Positions 1 through 8,335 of a stretch of DNA of 64,000 nucleotides are shown one piece after another. The first letter of the stretch is position 1; each line of letters opens with the position of its first letter. The translations under genes and the position numbers were made by a program. The DNA comes from Candidatus Saccharimonadia bacterium. GTDB taxonomy: Bacteria > Patescibacteriota > Saccharimonadia > UBA4664. Under the pieces are notes generated by a model. The model had not been told where the DNA came from and made no database searches. It worked only from the letters and a program-made list of their open reading frames with translations. The stretch is taken from the NCBI GenBank assembly GCA_041743505.1, contig JBGTMQ010000019.1, positions 70,147-134,146 on the forward strand. Reading direction: 5' to 3'.

Positions 1-110
1 GAAAACTCCAAGCTCCGGGTAGATTGTTGCCCTAAAGGCGGCCGCACATTAGGGGACAATCCAAAAACACACTTCAACGGCCGTGGATCTCGGATGCGAG
101 CTTCTACGCT

Positions 111-668
111 CTACGCGCACGGACCCCAGAACCAGCCCTTGGATTCGACATCGCCACCGAGCGAGCCGCCTGTTCGGAATAAAGGCTCCACACCCACGCA
201 TGCCATGCCAACACCGTTGACCATGCGTGACCAAGTACTGTAGCCCTTGTGTGAGAAGGAGAGGACATCGGCCTGAACGGGCTGCTGGCTCACGCCGCCT
301 GGGTTCCAGGCTGTAACCCGGCCATAGAAGGGAGTTGGTGAACCCATAGCGTCGAGAACCCACTCGCGTGGGCCCCAAGGAGCCGTGAAGCGTCCCCAAT
401 TTGCCTTGCAGCTTGGCGAGTACCGTAGGTCAAGCTGTCCTGCGGACTGTACCCCGTCCGCAATGATTGCGATGGAGTGCACAGTGTAGGCATCTCCGTC
501 ACAACGGCCAGTGGGATCAAGACCAACACAGGATGTACCGCTACACCCACCGGTGGCTGCAAGCGCTGGCGTAGCCGGAGCTACGAACAGCACAGCACCG
601 ACAGCCATGACAAGTGCGATTACCATCACAGTCAAACGGCGAGCAGATCGAATGGCCGAGGCGGCCAT
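111..668 (-). CDS. Secreted DUF2690-like protein
   Basis: Signal peptide ending ALA; CxGxDP..C..DA.TV and LDLRYSPSCKANWGR motifs typical of DUF2690; AGGAGG RBS upstream. Confidence 0.75.
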   Translation of the reverse strand: MAASAIRSARRLTVMVIALVMAVGAVLFVAPATPALAATGGCSGTSCVGLDPTGRCDGDAYTVHSIAIIADGVQSAGQLDLRYSPSCKANWGRFTAPWGPREWVLDAMGSPTPFYGRVTAWNPGGVSQQPVQADVLSFSHKGYSTWSRMVNGVGMACVGVEPLFRTGGSLGGDVESKGWFWGPCA

Positions 669-788
669 GATTACCTCCTAAGGGCACGATCCGTTTACGG
701 CTCTGCTGAGCCGTCAAAATACCTTATGCGAGGATAGCGCAAAAGTCAAGCGTAGTAAACAGATCACATTTGTGGTAACATGCTGACC

Positions 789-1118
789 ATGTTTAAAAAA
801 CTAGACAATTCAGTAGTTGCAGCTGCAATATTTGCCCTGGCAGAAGCCTTTGCCTTAAGGCCAGCAATAGCTGCGGCCTTTGCTCTGTGGGGATCTTCAT
901 TTCTCCCAAATGACATCGTGCTTAATATGGTTGCAATAAGCCTTGCGGTGATACTCGGGTATATGGGCGGAAAACTACTTTTTCAGAAGTGGCAAGCAAG
1001 GCTTTGGGTAAAGGCTGCTACTGCCAGTGGAATCTTCCTTAGTACTTTTATCCTGTCTTCGTGGATCTCAATCACTATTTACCGCTACTTATTTATTTCG
1101 ACTCACCCATTCAATTAG
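789..1118 (+). CDS. Small multi-TM membrane protein (paralog 1)
   Basis: Hydrophobic ORF; shares AIFxLAEAFAL, PND and GY..G.L.FQKW...WVK with the next ORF; start at MFKK chosen by alignment and -10 box position. Confidence 0.7.
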   Translation: MFKKLDNSVVAAAIFALAEAFALRPAIAAAFALWGSSFLPNDIVLNMVAISLAVILGYMGGKLLFQKWQARLWVKAATASGIFLSTFILSSWISITIYRYLFISTHPFN

Positions 1119-1172
1119 GCTTAGCTGAGAGGTCGGGATGCTTTAAAGTTCAATTATGCTAAAATGCAGCCC

Positions 1173-1499
1173 ATGTATAAAAAGCCAACCAAAACAGCAG
1201 TTGCAATCGCGATTTTCACCCTAGCTGAGGCGTTCGCCTTAAAGCTGGCAATAATCGCGCCATTTCATCTGGTGAAAACTACGGTTTTCCCGAATGATTT
1301 TACATTCAATCTTTTCGCCTTGGGCATTGCCGCGATACCGGGATACTTGATTGGTAACCTCATATTTCAAAAATGGGACACGAAGTTTTGGGTAAAAATC
1401 GCAGCAGCTTGTTGCATTGTGCTGATCTCAGTGATTGCCTCATATTGGTTGGTGACAGTGGTTGATCGCCATATTTTTGAGCAGAACTTCTTAAAATAG
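1173..1499 (+). CDS. Small multi-TM membrane protein (paralog 2)
   Basis: Collinear paralog of 789..1118; TAAAAT 7 nt before ATG. Confidence 0.7.
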   Translation: MYKKPTKTAVAIAIFTLAEAFALKLAIIAPFHLVKTTVFPNDFTFNLFALGIAAIPGYLIGNLIFQKWDTKFWVKIAAACCIVLISVIASYWLVTVVDRHIFEQNFLK

Positions 1500-1617
1500 C
1501 CGCTAGGCTCGTCCGTCACGGCTGAGTGGGATAATAAACTTCTAGTCTTAACAATCCCTCCGTATGGCATATCGAGGTTCTAGCAGAGTGAACAATGGGT
1601 CTCCAGTAATTATCAAG

Positions 1618-1640
1618 CAGCCGCCATTGCGGCTGTTTTT
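1618..1640 (+). terminator. Intrinsic terminator
   Basis: CAGCCGC-catt-GCGGCTG followed by TTTTT. Confidence 0.65.
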
Positions 1641-1658
1641 GGTTTTTAATCTGAGCAT

Positions 1659-1954
1659 CCGTGAATTCTAAAACCTGCTCCCCTGGTGGCAAAAAGAATT
1701 CGGCTCCAGCTCCACGAGTCTCACAGGATACCGGCTAGACTTTTCAATAGGTACTCTCCTGGAAAGAGTAAGCTGCCAGTTACCATTGAATAATGGCTTG
1801 TTATAGTGATTTATAGGCCAACAAAAACCAAACACTCTCCTCAGGAGAGTAGGTACCTTATAAGTTAAATCAGTACCGAGCCTTAGAGATAGCCATGCCA
1901 ATGAATCATTATACAGCTCTCACTTTCATAATATCGAGGTTTTTGAATTCACGG
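1659..1954. mobile_element. MITE-like non-autonomous element (296 bp)
   Basis: 18-bp TIRs with 1 mismatch (CCGTGAATTCTAAAACCT 1659-1676 / AGGTTTTTGAATTCACGG 1937-1954); GAGCAT direct repeat on both sides once the adjacent IS is removed. Confidence 0.65.
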
Positions 1955-1959
1955 GAGCA

Positions 1960-2812
1960 GGGTTCTCTTAACGTGTTGGCACAAGCGTTAGTGATTTCTC
2001 TGCATAGTAAAGGGGATTTTCAAACAATTCTGGTGTGGAAAATCTGAAACAGAATTCCCTCACGTACTCGGGAAACTGCTCAGCTTCGACATGGTGGTAC
2101 ATCCGGCGGATGAAGGTTCTGAGTACCCCAAACATACCCTCAATCTCAGAAGTATGCTCAAACTCGAACTTCTTGTGAATATCCCGGCTGTGTATGATCG
2201 GCCACCACTCATCAATGCCTTGGTATATCTTAGCTCCGTCCGTCCATAGTTCACTACCCGGCCGGATCTTCTGGAAGAGAAAGTGAGTGGCATGAGTCCG
2301 GTTGGGGAATTCTCCTTCTAAGACAGTGTAGGCTAATTTACGGGTCCCAACCTGTTTGGCCATCATGAGACACCAGCCCTTACCGTACGCTTCGTCGAGT
2401 TGGACGATCCGTTCCAGGATATGTACCTCTTCAGGCAAATGCAGCCGGAACTGCCGGTACCAGTGCCGGACGGTTACCTCACTCAGACGGGTTAGACTCT
2501 GGGCTTGTAAGACTGGGATCCGAGTTGTCCAGCACCACAAGAGCATCCACCATTGTTGGAGCGGTAGCTTCATATCGGACAGCCAGGTGTGGCTGGTGAG
2601 TGAGAAACGGATACGACAATCCGGACAACGGTAACGATGCTCACTCCGCCAGACCTTACGACTGCGGCAGTTAGGACAGAAGACGTTCTTACCGAAGATG
2701 ATCCGGCGGAGATACTTCCTTATTTGGGCCTCTGAGGGTATTTGCTTGAGTTGGTACATGTCCATATTGTGACCTCCTGGTCTGGACCTGTGCCAATTGG
2801 TTGGGAGAACCC
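1960..2812 (-). mobile_element. IS1595-family insertion sequence (853 bp)
   Basis: 26-bp imperfect TIRs (20/26 match) beginning GGGTTCTC; 8-bp target duplication CGGGAGCA at 1952-1959 and 2813-2820. Confidence 0.92.
1968..2765 (-). CDS. IS1595-family DDE transposase
   Basis: CPNC...CPDC Zn ribbon, VQLDEAY, LWTDG, HTSEIEG..RRMYHHV..YVREFCFRF motifs; AGGAGG before ATG 2765, inside the TIR-bounded element. Confidence 0.92.
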   Translation of the reverse strand: MDMYQLKQIPSEAQIRKYLRRIIFGKNVFCPNCRSRKVWRSEHRYRCPDCRIRFSLTSHTWLSDMKLPLQQWWMLLWCWTTRIPVLQAQSLTRLSEVTVRHWYRQFRLHLPEEVHILERIVQLDEAYGKGWCLMMAKQVGTRKLAYTVLEGEFPNRTHATHFLFQKIRPGSELWTDGAKIYQGIDEWWPIIHSRDIHKKFEFEHTSEIEGMFGVLRTFIRRMYHHVEAEQFPEYVREFCFRFSTPELFENPLYYAEKSLTLVPTR

Positions 2813-2824
2813 CGGGAGCATGAC

Positions 2825-2853
2825 TTGACACATAGCACAAAATAATGTATAAT
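2825..2853 (+). promoter_or_regulatory. Consensus sigma70 promoter
   Basis: TTGACA-17 bp-TATAAT. Confidence 0.8.
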
Positions 2854-2916
2854 TAAATAATACTGCCAACACTCAGCAGCGCTCCAACCCTACAACTACC
2901 CCGAAAGGTAGGAATC

Positions 2917-3087
2917 ATGGAAAAAACACTTTGTGCCAAGTGCATCCGCCGCCTGTCTGCCGGAGACCGCGAGAAGCTCGCAGCGAACATCAGAGCCGGC
3001 GGCATCGCCGGCGGCGCAGTATCAGGAGTGCCCAGAGCAGTAACCATATACAACGGCGACGCCGTTTGCGTCGAGCACACCTTGTAG
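2917..3087 (+). CDS. 56-aa putative CxxC/CxxH zinc-binding small protein (not in ORF track)
   Basis: MEKTLCAKC...AVTIYNGDAVCVEHTL; lies between a consensus promoter and a hairpin + U-tract at 3093-3150. Confidence 0.65.
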   Translation: MEKTLCAKCIRRLSAGDREKLAANIRAGGIAGGAVSGVPRAVTIYNGDAVCVEHTL

Positions 3088-3172
3088 CCTATGGGGCCCG
3101 AAGGAGGAGGATCGGAAGATCCAAACCCCTTCGGGTCCTCCTTCCTTTTTCGCTATGCCATACAATACAAGC

Positions 3173-3538
3173 ATGAAAATATACGTCTCCCATTCCCGCA
3201 AGCTAGATTATGTGCATGATCTATACGAGCCCCTAAAGGCATCCAGCCTCTACCCGAAACACGAGTTCTTCCTGCCACACGACGCCGGCAGCGACCGGGT
3301 AAAAACCAAAGAGATTATTCAAACGGCAGGTGTGCTCGTTGCCGAGATATCCTATCCTTCAACCAGCCAGGGGATCGAACTAGGCTGGGCTGACGCGGCC
3401 GGTATACGCATCATCTGTTTGTATCCCGAAGGCACTAAATATCAAGCATCCATTAGGTTTATCTGTCCGCAGCCCACGACCTACACAAGTGCTCATGATT
3501 TGATCAAAAAGCTCACAACACTACTAGCCAATAGCTAA
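3173..3538 (+). CDS. Nucleoside 2-deoxyribosyltransferase-like protein
   Basis: MKIYVSH start; VAEISYPSTSQGIELGWA motif. Confidence 0.7.
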   Translation: MKIYVSHSRKLDYVHDLYEPLKASSLYPKHEFFLPHDAGSDRVKTKEIIQTAGVLVAEISYPSTSQGIELGWADAAGIRIICLYPEGTKYQASIRFICPQPTTYTSAHDLIKKLTTLLANS

Positions 3539-3605
3539 CCATCCCCCGCAAAGCTTGACATTATCCGAATATATGCAGTAAAGTGACTAATCCTGTTTGA
3601 TCATC

Positions 3606-4982
3606 ATGAAATACCTCAAACCACTCATCATTACTAGTATTGCTGCATTATGCCTCGGCGCCACCGTGGGGGCCTTAACGTTGGTCGGTATCAACCCGGT
3701 CAAAGCCGTTACCCAAGCCCGCTGTGAAGCCGGTGGCGTATTAACGCACTCCCAGGCAGTCCCGGGTACCGCCGATGATCACGACCGTGACGACCAGCCG
3801 GCTGGGGCGCTCAACGTACCGGTTACGCCCGGCAAAACTACCACCCGTCCGTCCCTCACAGGCCAAAACCTGATTCCAAACCCCACGCTCAAAAACAGCG
3901 GGGGCGATCCGCACAGCTGGCTTACCAATGTCTATGGCAACAGCAATGCCAAGTTTGACGTGGTTTCCGGCAAGGATGGGGCACCGGCCCTGCGGGTGGA
4001 CATCACCTCCTACAAAGACGGCGATGCCGACTGGTACTATCCGCCGGTCAGTGTCACGCCGGGTGGCTACTACACCTTTCAAGACACCTACCGTTCCAGC
4101 GTCGCAACCCGCCCCCTCCTGATGCTCCGCCACCAATCGGGCCAAGACGAGTATATCGACCTCAAGGCCGCACCGGCCGCCGAGACGTGGACCAACTACT
4201 CAGTCACGTTTATCGTGCCAAGCGATGTCCGCCAGGCACTCGTCTACCATCCATTGGCCTCGGTAGGAACGCTCATTACCTCCAACCATTCCTTAACTGC
4301 CACGCAATCCGCCGGCTTCTCTAAAGCCCTCGTCTCGCTGACCTTTGACGACGGCTGGAAAAGCATCCACGACCACGCCTTGCCGCTACTCAAACGCTAC
4401 GACATGGTCTCAACTCAGTACCTGGTTACGGGCTACCTTGGCCGCGCCGCTGCCTATATGACACCCGCAGATGTCTACGATATGCTCGACGCCGGCAACG
4501 AAATTGGCTCGCATACGGTCAACCACCTCGATCTCACCAAGGCCACGCCGGATTTGCTCAAGCATGAGCTAACCAGATCCAAGCAAGACCTAACCAAGTG
4601 CTTTGGCGAACCAACGGGCTATGCAGCGCCCTATGGCACCTACAATTCGGCTACGATCCAGGCGGCACGCGGTTTTTATCAAACAGCCCGCTCCACCGAT
4701 ACCGGATTCAATACCGCTGAGAATTTGAATCCCTACGGGCTTCTGGTCCAGAACATGACACCTGACACCACCCCGGCCCAGGTCCAAGGCTGGCTCGAAG
4801 CCGCCAAAGCCCACAACGCCTGGCTAATCCTCGTCTATCATCAGATAGACGGCTCCGACAGCCCCTATGCCCGATCCCCGGAGAATTTTGAGCAGGACCT
4901 AAAAGCCATCAAAGCCAGTGGCATTTCGGTCAAAACAGTGCGCAATGCTTATCAAGATGTGAAGAACAAAGCTCACAAATAA
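3606..4982 (+). CDS. Exported polysaccharide deacetylase (CE4) with one CBM-like domain
   Basis: N-terminal TM/signal; NLIPNP-started jelly-roll domain; TFDDG, SHTVNH, APYG and LILVYH motifs. Confidence 0.85.
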   Translation: MKYLKPLIITSIAALCLGATVGALTLVGINPVKAVTQARCEAGGVLTHSQAVPGTADDHDRDDQPAGALNVPVTPGKTTTRPSLTGQNLIPNPTLKNSGGDPHSWLTNVYGNSNAKFDVVSGKDGAPALRVDITSYKDGDADWYYPPVSVTPGGYYTFQDTYRSSVATRPLLMLRHQSGQDEYIDLKAAPAAETWTNYSVTFIVPSDVRQALVYHPLASVGTLITSNHSLTATQSAGFSKALVSLTFDDGWKSIHDHALPLLKRYDMVSTQYLVTGYLGRAAAYMTPADVYDMLDAGNEIGSHTVNHLDLTKATPDLLKHELTRSKQDLTKCFGEPTGYAAPYGTYNSATIQAARGFYQTARSTDTGFNTAENLNPYGLLVQNMTPDTTPAQVQGWLEAAKAHNAWLILVYHQIDGSDSPYARSPENFEQDLKAIKASGISVKTVRNAYQDVKNKAHK

Positions 4983-5087
4983 CAAAACGCACATTGACAT
5001 TTGACAAAGAGTTAGAATAGGCGTAGAGTGATATATTAGATCAACCGCGAGAGTAACAATGACTCACATTGTCCCCCTCCCTTTTTT

Positions 5088-6188
5088 ATGGCTATGAAAC
5101 ACACTCGCTACCAATTCGCCAAACGACCATTAGCTCTCGTTATTGCCGCTCATAACGAAGAGATGGTTTTGGCTGCAACCATCTCTTCGGCTATCAATGC
5201 CGGCATGCATCCAGGTGATATCTACGTGGTAAACGACTCCTCGACCGACCGCACCCAGGCCATTGCCGAAAAGCATCTCGGTGCGCGCAATGTACTAGCC
5301 GTCCACCGCAGCGGCAAGGCCAAAGCCATTCTGCAGGCCATCGGGCATTTCCAGATCATCAAGCGCTACTACTGGATGCATATCGCTGACGCTGACGGCG
5401 TGTTTGCGCCTGACTATTTCCAGGTCCTGCGCCGCCACCTCAACCTCAAATACGCGGCGGCCACCGGCCACATCCAGAGCCTCAAGGGCGGCTGGATATC
5501 CAAATACCGCCTGTACGAGTACACGGTTGGACTGGAAATCATGCGCCCGATCCAGGCATTCTTCGGGGTTATTCCGGTTATCCCCGGTCCCACGAGCGTC
5601 TACCGGACCGATATTTTGCCCAAGCTTGATTTTACCGCCGGCACCCTAACCGAAGATATGGACATCACCTTCCAGATTCACCGTCAGAAACTGGGCAAAA
5701 TAAAGTTTGTTCACGATGCCCGCACTTACACCCAGGATCCCCGCGACTTCGGTGATTATTACAAGCAGATCCTGCGCTGGTACCGCGGCAACTTCCAGGT
5801 CATGTTGCGTCACAAGATTGGCCTCCGGGCGCAACGGCTCGACGCCTACGTCAGCTATGTGATGCTGGAGCAAGCGCTCCTCATCAGCCAATTGCTCCTC
5901 TTGCCATTAGCCGCCTGGTGGCTCGGTAACTACAACCTCATCGCTATCCCGTTCTTGTTCGATGTGGTCTTTTTCTTTGCCTTTACCGTTTGGGCTGCAG
6001 TGCTCAATCGCCGCCCCGACGTTTTAGGCGCCTTCCCGCTGTTCTATGCCTTGCGGATGGTCAACCTGTATGCGTTCGTAAAAGCCTGGTTCGAGATCGT
6101 CGTCCTGCGAAAGTTCCAATCCGCCCCGTCGGCTTGGAGTGTGGCAGGCCGAAGATATCGCATTGTGGCCGATGGAATCATTAATTAA
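5088..6188 (+). CDS. Processive GT2 glycosyltransferase (IcaA/PgaC/cellulose-synthase-like)
   Basis: IAAHNEE, DSSTD, DADG, LTED and QILRW (D,D,D,QxxRW) motifs; C-terminal TM helices. Confidence 0.9.
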   Translation: MAMKHTRYQFAKRPLALVIAAHNEEMVLAATISSAINAGMHPGDIYVVNDSSTDRTQAIAEKHLGARNVLAVHRSGKAKAILQAIGHFQIIKRYYWMHIADADGVFAPDYFQVLRRHLNLKYAAATGHIQSLKGGWISKYRLYEYTVGLEIMRPIQAFFGVIPVIPGPTSVYRTDILPKLDFTAGTLTEDMDITFQIHRQKLGKIKFVHDARTYTQDPRDFGDYYKQILRWYRGNFQVMLRHKIGLRAQRLDAYVSYVMLEQALLISQLLLLPLAAWWLGNYNLIAIPFLFDVVFFFAFTVWAAVLNRRPDVLGAFPLFYALRMVNLYAFVKAWFEIVVLRKFQSAPSAWSVAGRRYRIVADGIIN

Positions 6189-6202
6189 AAGGAGACAGTA
6201 AT

Positions 6203-6382
6203 ATGTATGGATACGGAAATGCTACAGGCCTAGTCCTGGGCACCGGCACCGGCGTCGTTGCCGCCACCACTCTGCCAGTCACTGGTACGAACTGGGTCGT
6301 CGATCTGGCTTTGGCAGCTGCGGCTGGCTTGGCTGTTTGGGCGATGGTATACGTGCTCAACACAAAGCTGAACAAGCGCTAA
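6203..6382 (+). CDS. 59-aa micro-protein with LPxTG sorting signal (not in ORF track)
   Basis: AAAGGAG RBS; MYGYGNATGLVLGTGTGVVAATT-LPVTG-TM helix-KLNKR. Confidence 0.8.
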   Translation: MYGYGNATGLVLGTGTGVVAATTLPVTGTNWVVDLALAAAAGLAVWAMVYVLNTKLNKR

Positions 6383-6483
6383 TGAAGCGCCTGTTCAGCT
6401 ACACCGGCATAGCTTTTCTCGTAGGCTTTGTGGTTTACCACATCGTAGCCACGAGTAGCTTGCTGGTGTCGCTGGTTAGCTAA
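6382..6483 (+). CDS. 33-aa single-TM peptide (not in ORF track)
   Basis: TAATG stop/start overlap with the previous ORF; MKRLFSYTGIAFLVGFVVYHIVATSSLLVSLVS; fills the gap to the next gene. Confidence 0.6.
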   Translation: MKRLFSYTGIAFLVGFVVYHIVATSSLLVSLVS

Positions 6484-6501
6484 ATAACAAAGGCACGAAA
6501 T

Positions 6502-8265
6502 ATGAAACTGTTTTCAAAGATCACAGCAGCTTTTTTGATCTTGTCGATGCTGGTGTCGCCGGCCTTCTTTGGTCCGGCCGCTACCAATGCGGCAGGTCAG
6601 AATCTTATTGCTAATCCGTCCGCCGAAACCGCCACCGGTAGCACGCCTGCTAACTGGCTTCAGGGCGGCTGGGGTACCAATACGGCTGCTTTCACATATG
6701 CAAATACCGGCCAGGAAGGCACCCGTAGCATGAGCGTCAACGTATCAAGCTACACCAATGGTGATGCCAAATGGTACTTTACGCCCGTCAGTGTAACTCC
6801 AGGTACACAGTACACGTTCAATAACTGGTATCAATCCACCGTCCCAACCGAAATTGATGCTCAAATCACTGATACTGCCGGCAACATCACCTACGCATGG
6901 TTGTCTTCACCCGCTGCCAGCTCGGTCTGGAAGCAAAATAGTCTGACCTGGACGGCTCCAGCCAACGCCAAGTCGGTCACGTTCTTCCACGTCATTGCGG
7001 CTACGGGCACGCTGGTCACCGACAACTTCTCGTTGACTGCGGCAACTGCCACGCCAGTACCCACTCCAACCCCGACGGTCACCCCAACTCCAACCCCGGC
7101 GCCCACTCCAACCCCGACGCCTGACAATGACGTACCGAATCCCTCGGTCGAAATCGCCAGCGGCACGGCCCCCCAAAGCTGGACCGCAGGTTCCTGGGGC
7201 ACCAACACTGCTGCCTTCAGCTACCTGGGCACCGGCCACACCGGCAGCCGTAGCGTCAAGGTCACGGTCAGCGGCTACACCAGCGGCAGCGCCGATTGGA
7301 GCTACACCCCGCAGACCGTCAAGGCCGGCCAGCGCTACATGTACAGCGACTGGTACCAGTCAAATGTAACAACCGAGATTGATGCCGCGGTTACTATGAC
7401 CGACGGCACCATCCAGTACATGTACCTGGCCACCGCTCCGGCCTCTACGGTCTGGGCTCAGGCCAAAGCCGAGTTCACGACGCCGCCTGGCGCCGTCAGG
7501 GTAACTATCTTCCATCTCATTGCCACCAACGGTTACCTCACCACTGACGACTTCAGTTTCGGTGCCTACGCGCCCAAGCCGCTAACCCGTGGTCTCGTCA
7601 GTATCACCTTTGATGACGGTTGGATCAACCAGTATACCAATGCGTTTCCGCTGCTCAAGAAGTACGGTCAAACCGCCACATTCTACGTCCTTTCCGGCGA
7701 GCTGACCAACCAACCCACCTACATGTCGGTGGCGCAGATGAAAGATTTGTATGCTAAAGGCAATGAAATTGCCTCGCATAGCATTACCCATTCTAATCTC
7801 ACGACCGCAACGGCCGCCAAACTGACCAAGGAAATGTCGCAGAGCAAGTCTGTTTTGCAGACGAAGGTCGGTGTTCCGGTCACTAACTTCGCCTACCCGT
7901 ATGGGGCGTACAACGCCAAAACCATTACCGAAGGCAATAAGTACTACCAGTCCCAGCGCTCGACCGATACTGGCTACAATGCCTTGGATACCCTCAACCT
8001 AACGGCTCTGAAGGTCCAAAACATCTACGACACCACCACTCCGGCGCAGGTCCAAGCTTGGGTTAACCAAGCTGCCAAGGACCGCACCTGGCTCATTCTG
8101 GTTTACCACGAAGTAGCCACCACGCCGCTTGATCCGGCCGACGCCAGGTACACGACCAAGCCGGCCGACCTGGATGCCGAACTCGCCATCCTCAAAAACT
8201 CCGGCCTCGGTATCCTAACGGTTAAGCAGGCCATTAGCGAAATTACGCCTCAGCTTAACAAGTAA
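6502..8265 (+). CDS. Secreted polysaccharide deacetylase (CE4) with two CBM-like domains and PT linker
   Basis: Signal peptide; two NPS-started repeats separated by (PT)n; TFDDG, SHSITH, FAYPYG and LILVYH motifs. Confidence 0.88.
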   Translation: MKLFSKITAAFLILSMLVSPAFFGPAATNAAGQNLIANPSAETATGSTPANWLQGGWGTNTAAFTYANTGQEGTRSMSVNVSSYTNGDAKWYFTPVSVTPGTQYTFNNWYQSTVPTEIDAQITDTAGNITYAWLSSPAASSVWKQNSLTWTAPANAKSVTFFHVIAATGTLVTDNFSLTAATATPVPTPTPTVTPTPTPAPTPTPTPDNDVPNPSVEIASGTAPQSWTAGSWGTNTAAFSYLGTGHTGSRSVKVTVSGYTSGSADWSYTPQTVKAGQRYMYSDWYQSNVTTEIDAAVTMTDGTIQYMYLATAPASTVWAQAKAEFTTPPGAVRVTIFHLIATNGYLTTDDFSFGAYAPKPLTRGLVSITFDDGWINQYTNAFPLLKKYGQTATFYVLSGELTNQPTYMSVAQMKDLYAKGNEIASHSITHSNLTTATAAKLTKEMSQSKSVLQTKVGVPVTNFAYPYGAYNAKTITEGNKYYQSQRSTDTGYNALDTLNLTALKVQNIYDTTTPAQVQAWVNQAAKDRTWLILVYHEVATTPLDPADARYTTKPADLDAELAILKNSGLGILTVKQAISEITPQLNK

Positions 8266-8290
8266 GCTCTAGCCAAAAATCCGTCTCCTT

Positions 8291-8321
8291 AAGAAGCGGG
8301 CCCGGGGCCCGCTTCTTTTTT
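8291..8321 (+). terminator. Intrinsic terminator
   Basis: AAGAAGCGGGCCC/GGGCCCGCTTCTT inverted repeat with T tract. Confidence 0.8.
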
Positions 8322-8335
8322 GTTATGCTTGCATT

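Noticed and set aside
1697-1717. GAATTCGGCTCCAGCTCCACG resembles a tmRNA/tRNA 3' end (attachment-site remnant)
   Set aside because: No T-arm stem, no CCA, no matching 5' end and no integrase; match too short
1668-1901. 77-aa minus-strand ORF inside the MITE-like element
   Set aside because: No RBS or recognisable motif; runs into the TIR; probably spurious
7050-7122. Tandem CC(A/G)AC(C/T/G) repeats
   Set aside because: Encodes the Pro-Thr linker of the deacetylase; not a CRISPR or DNA-level repeat element
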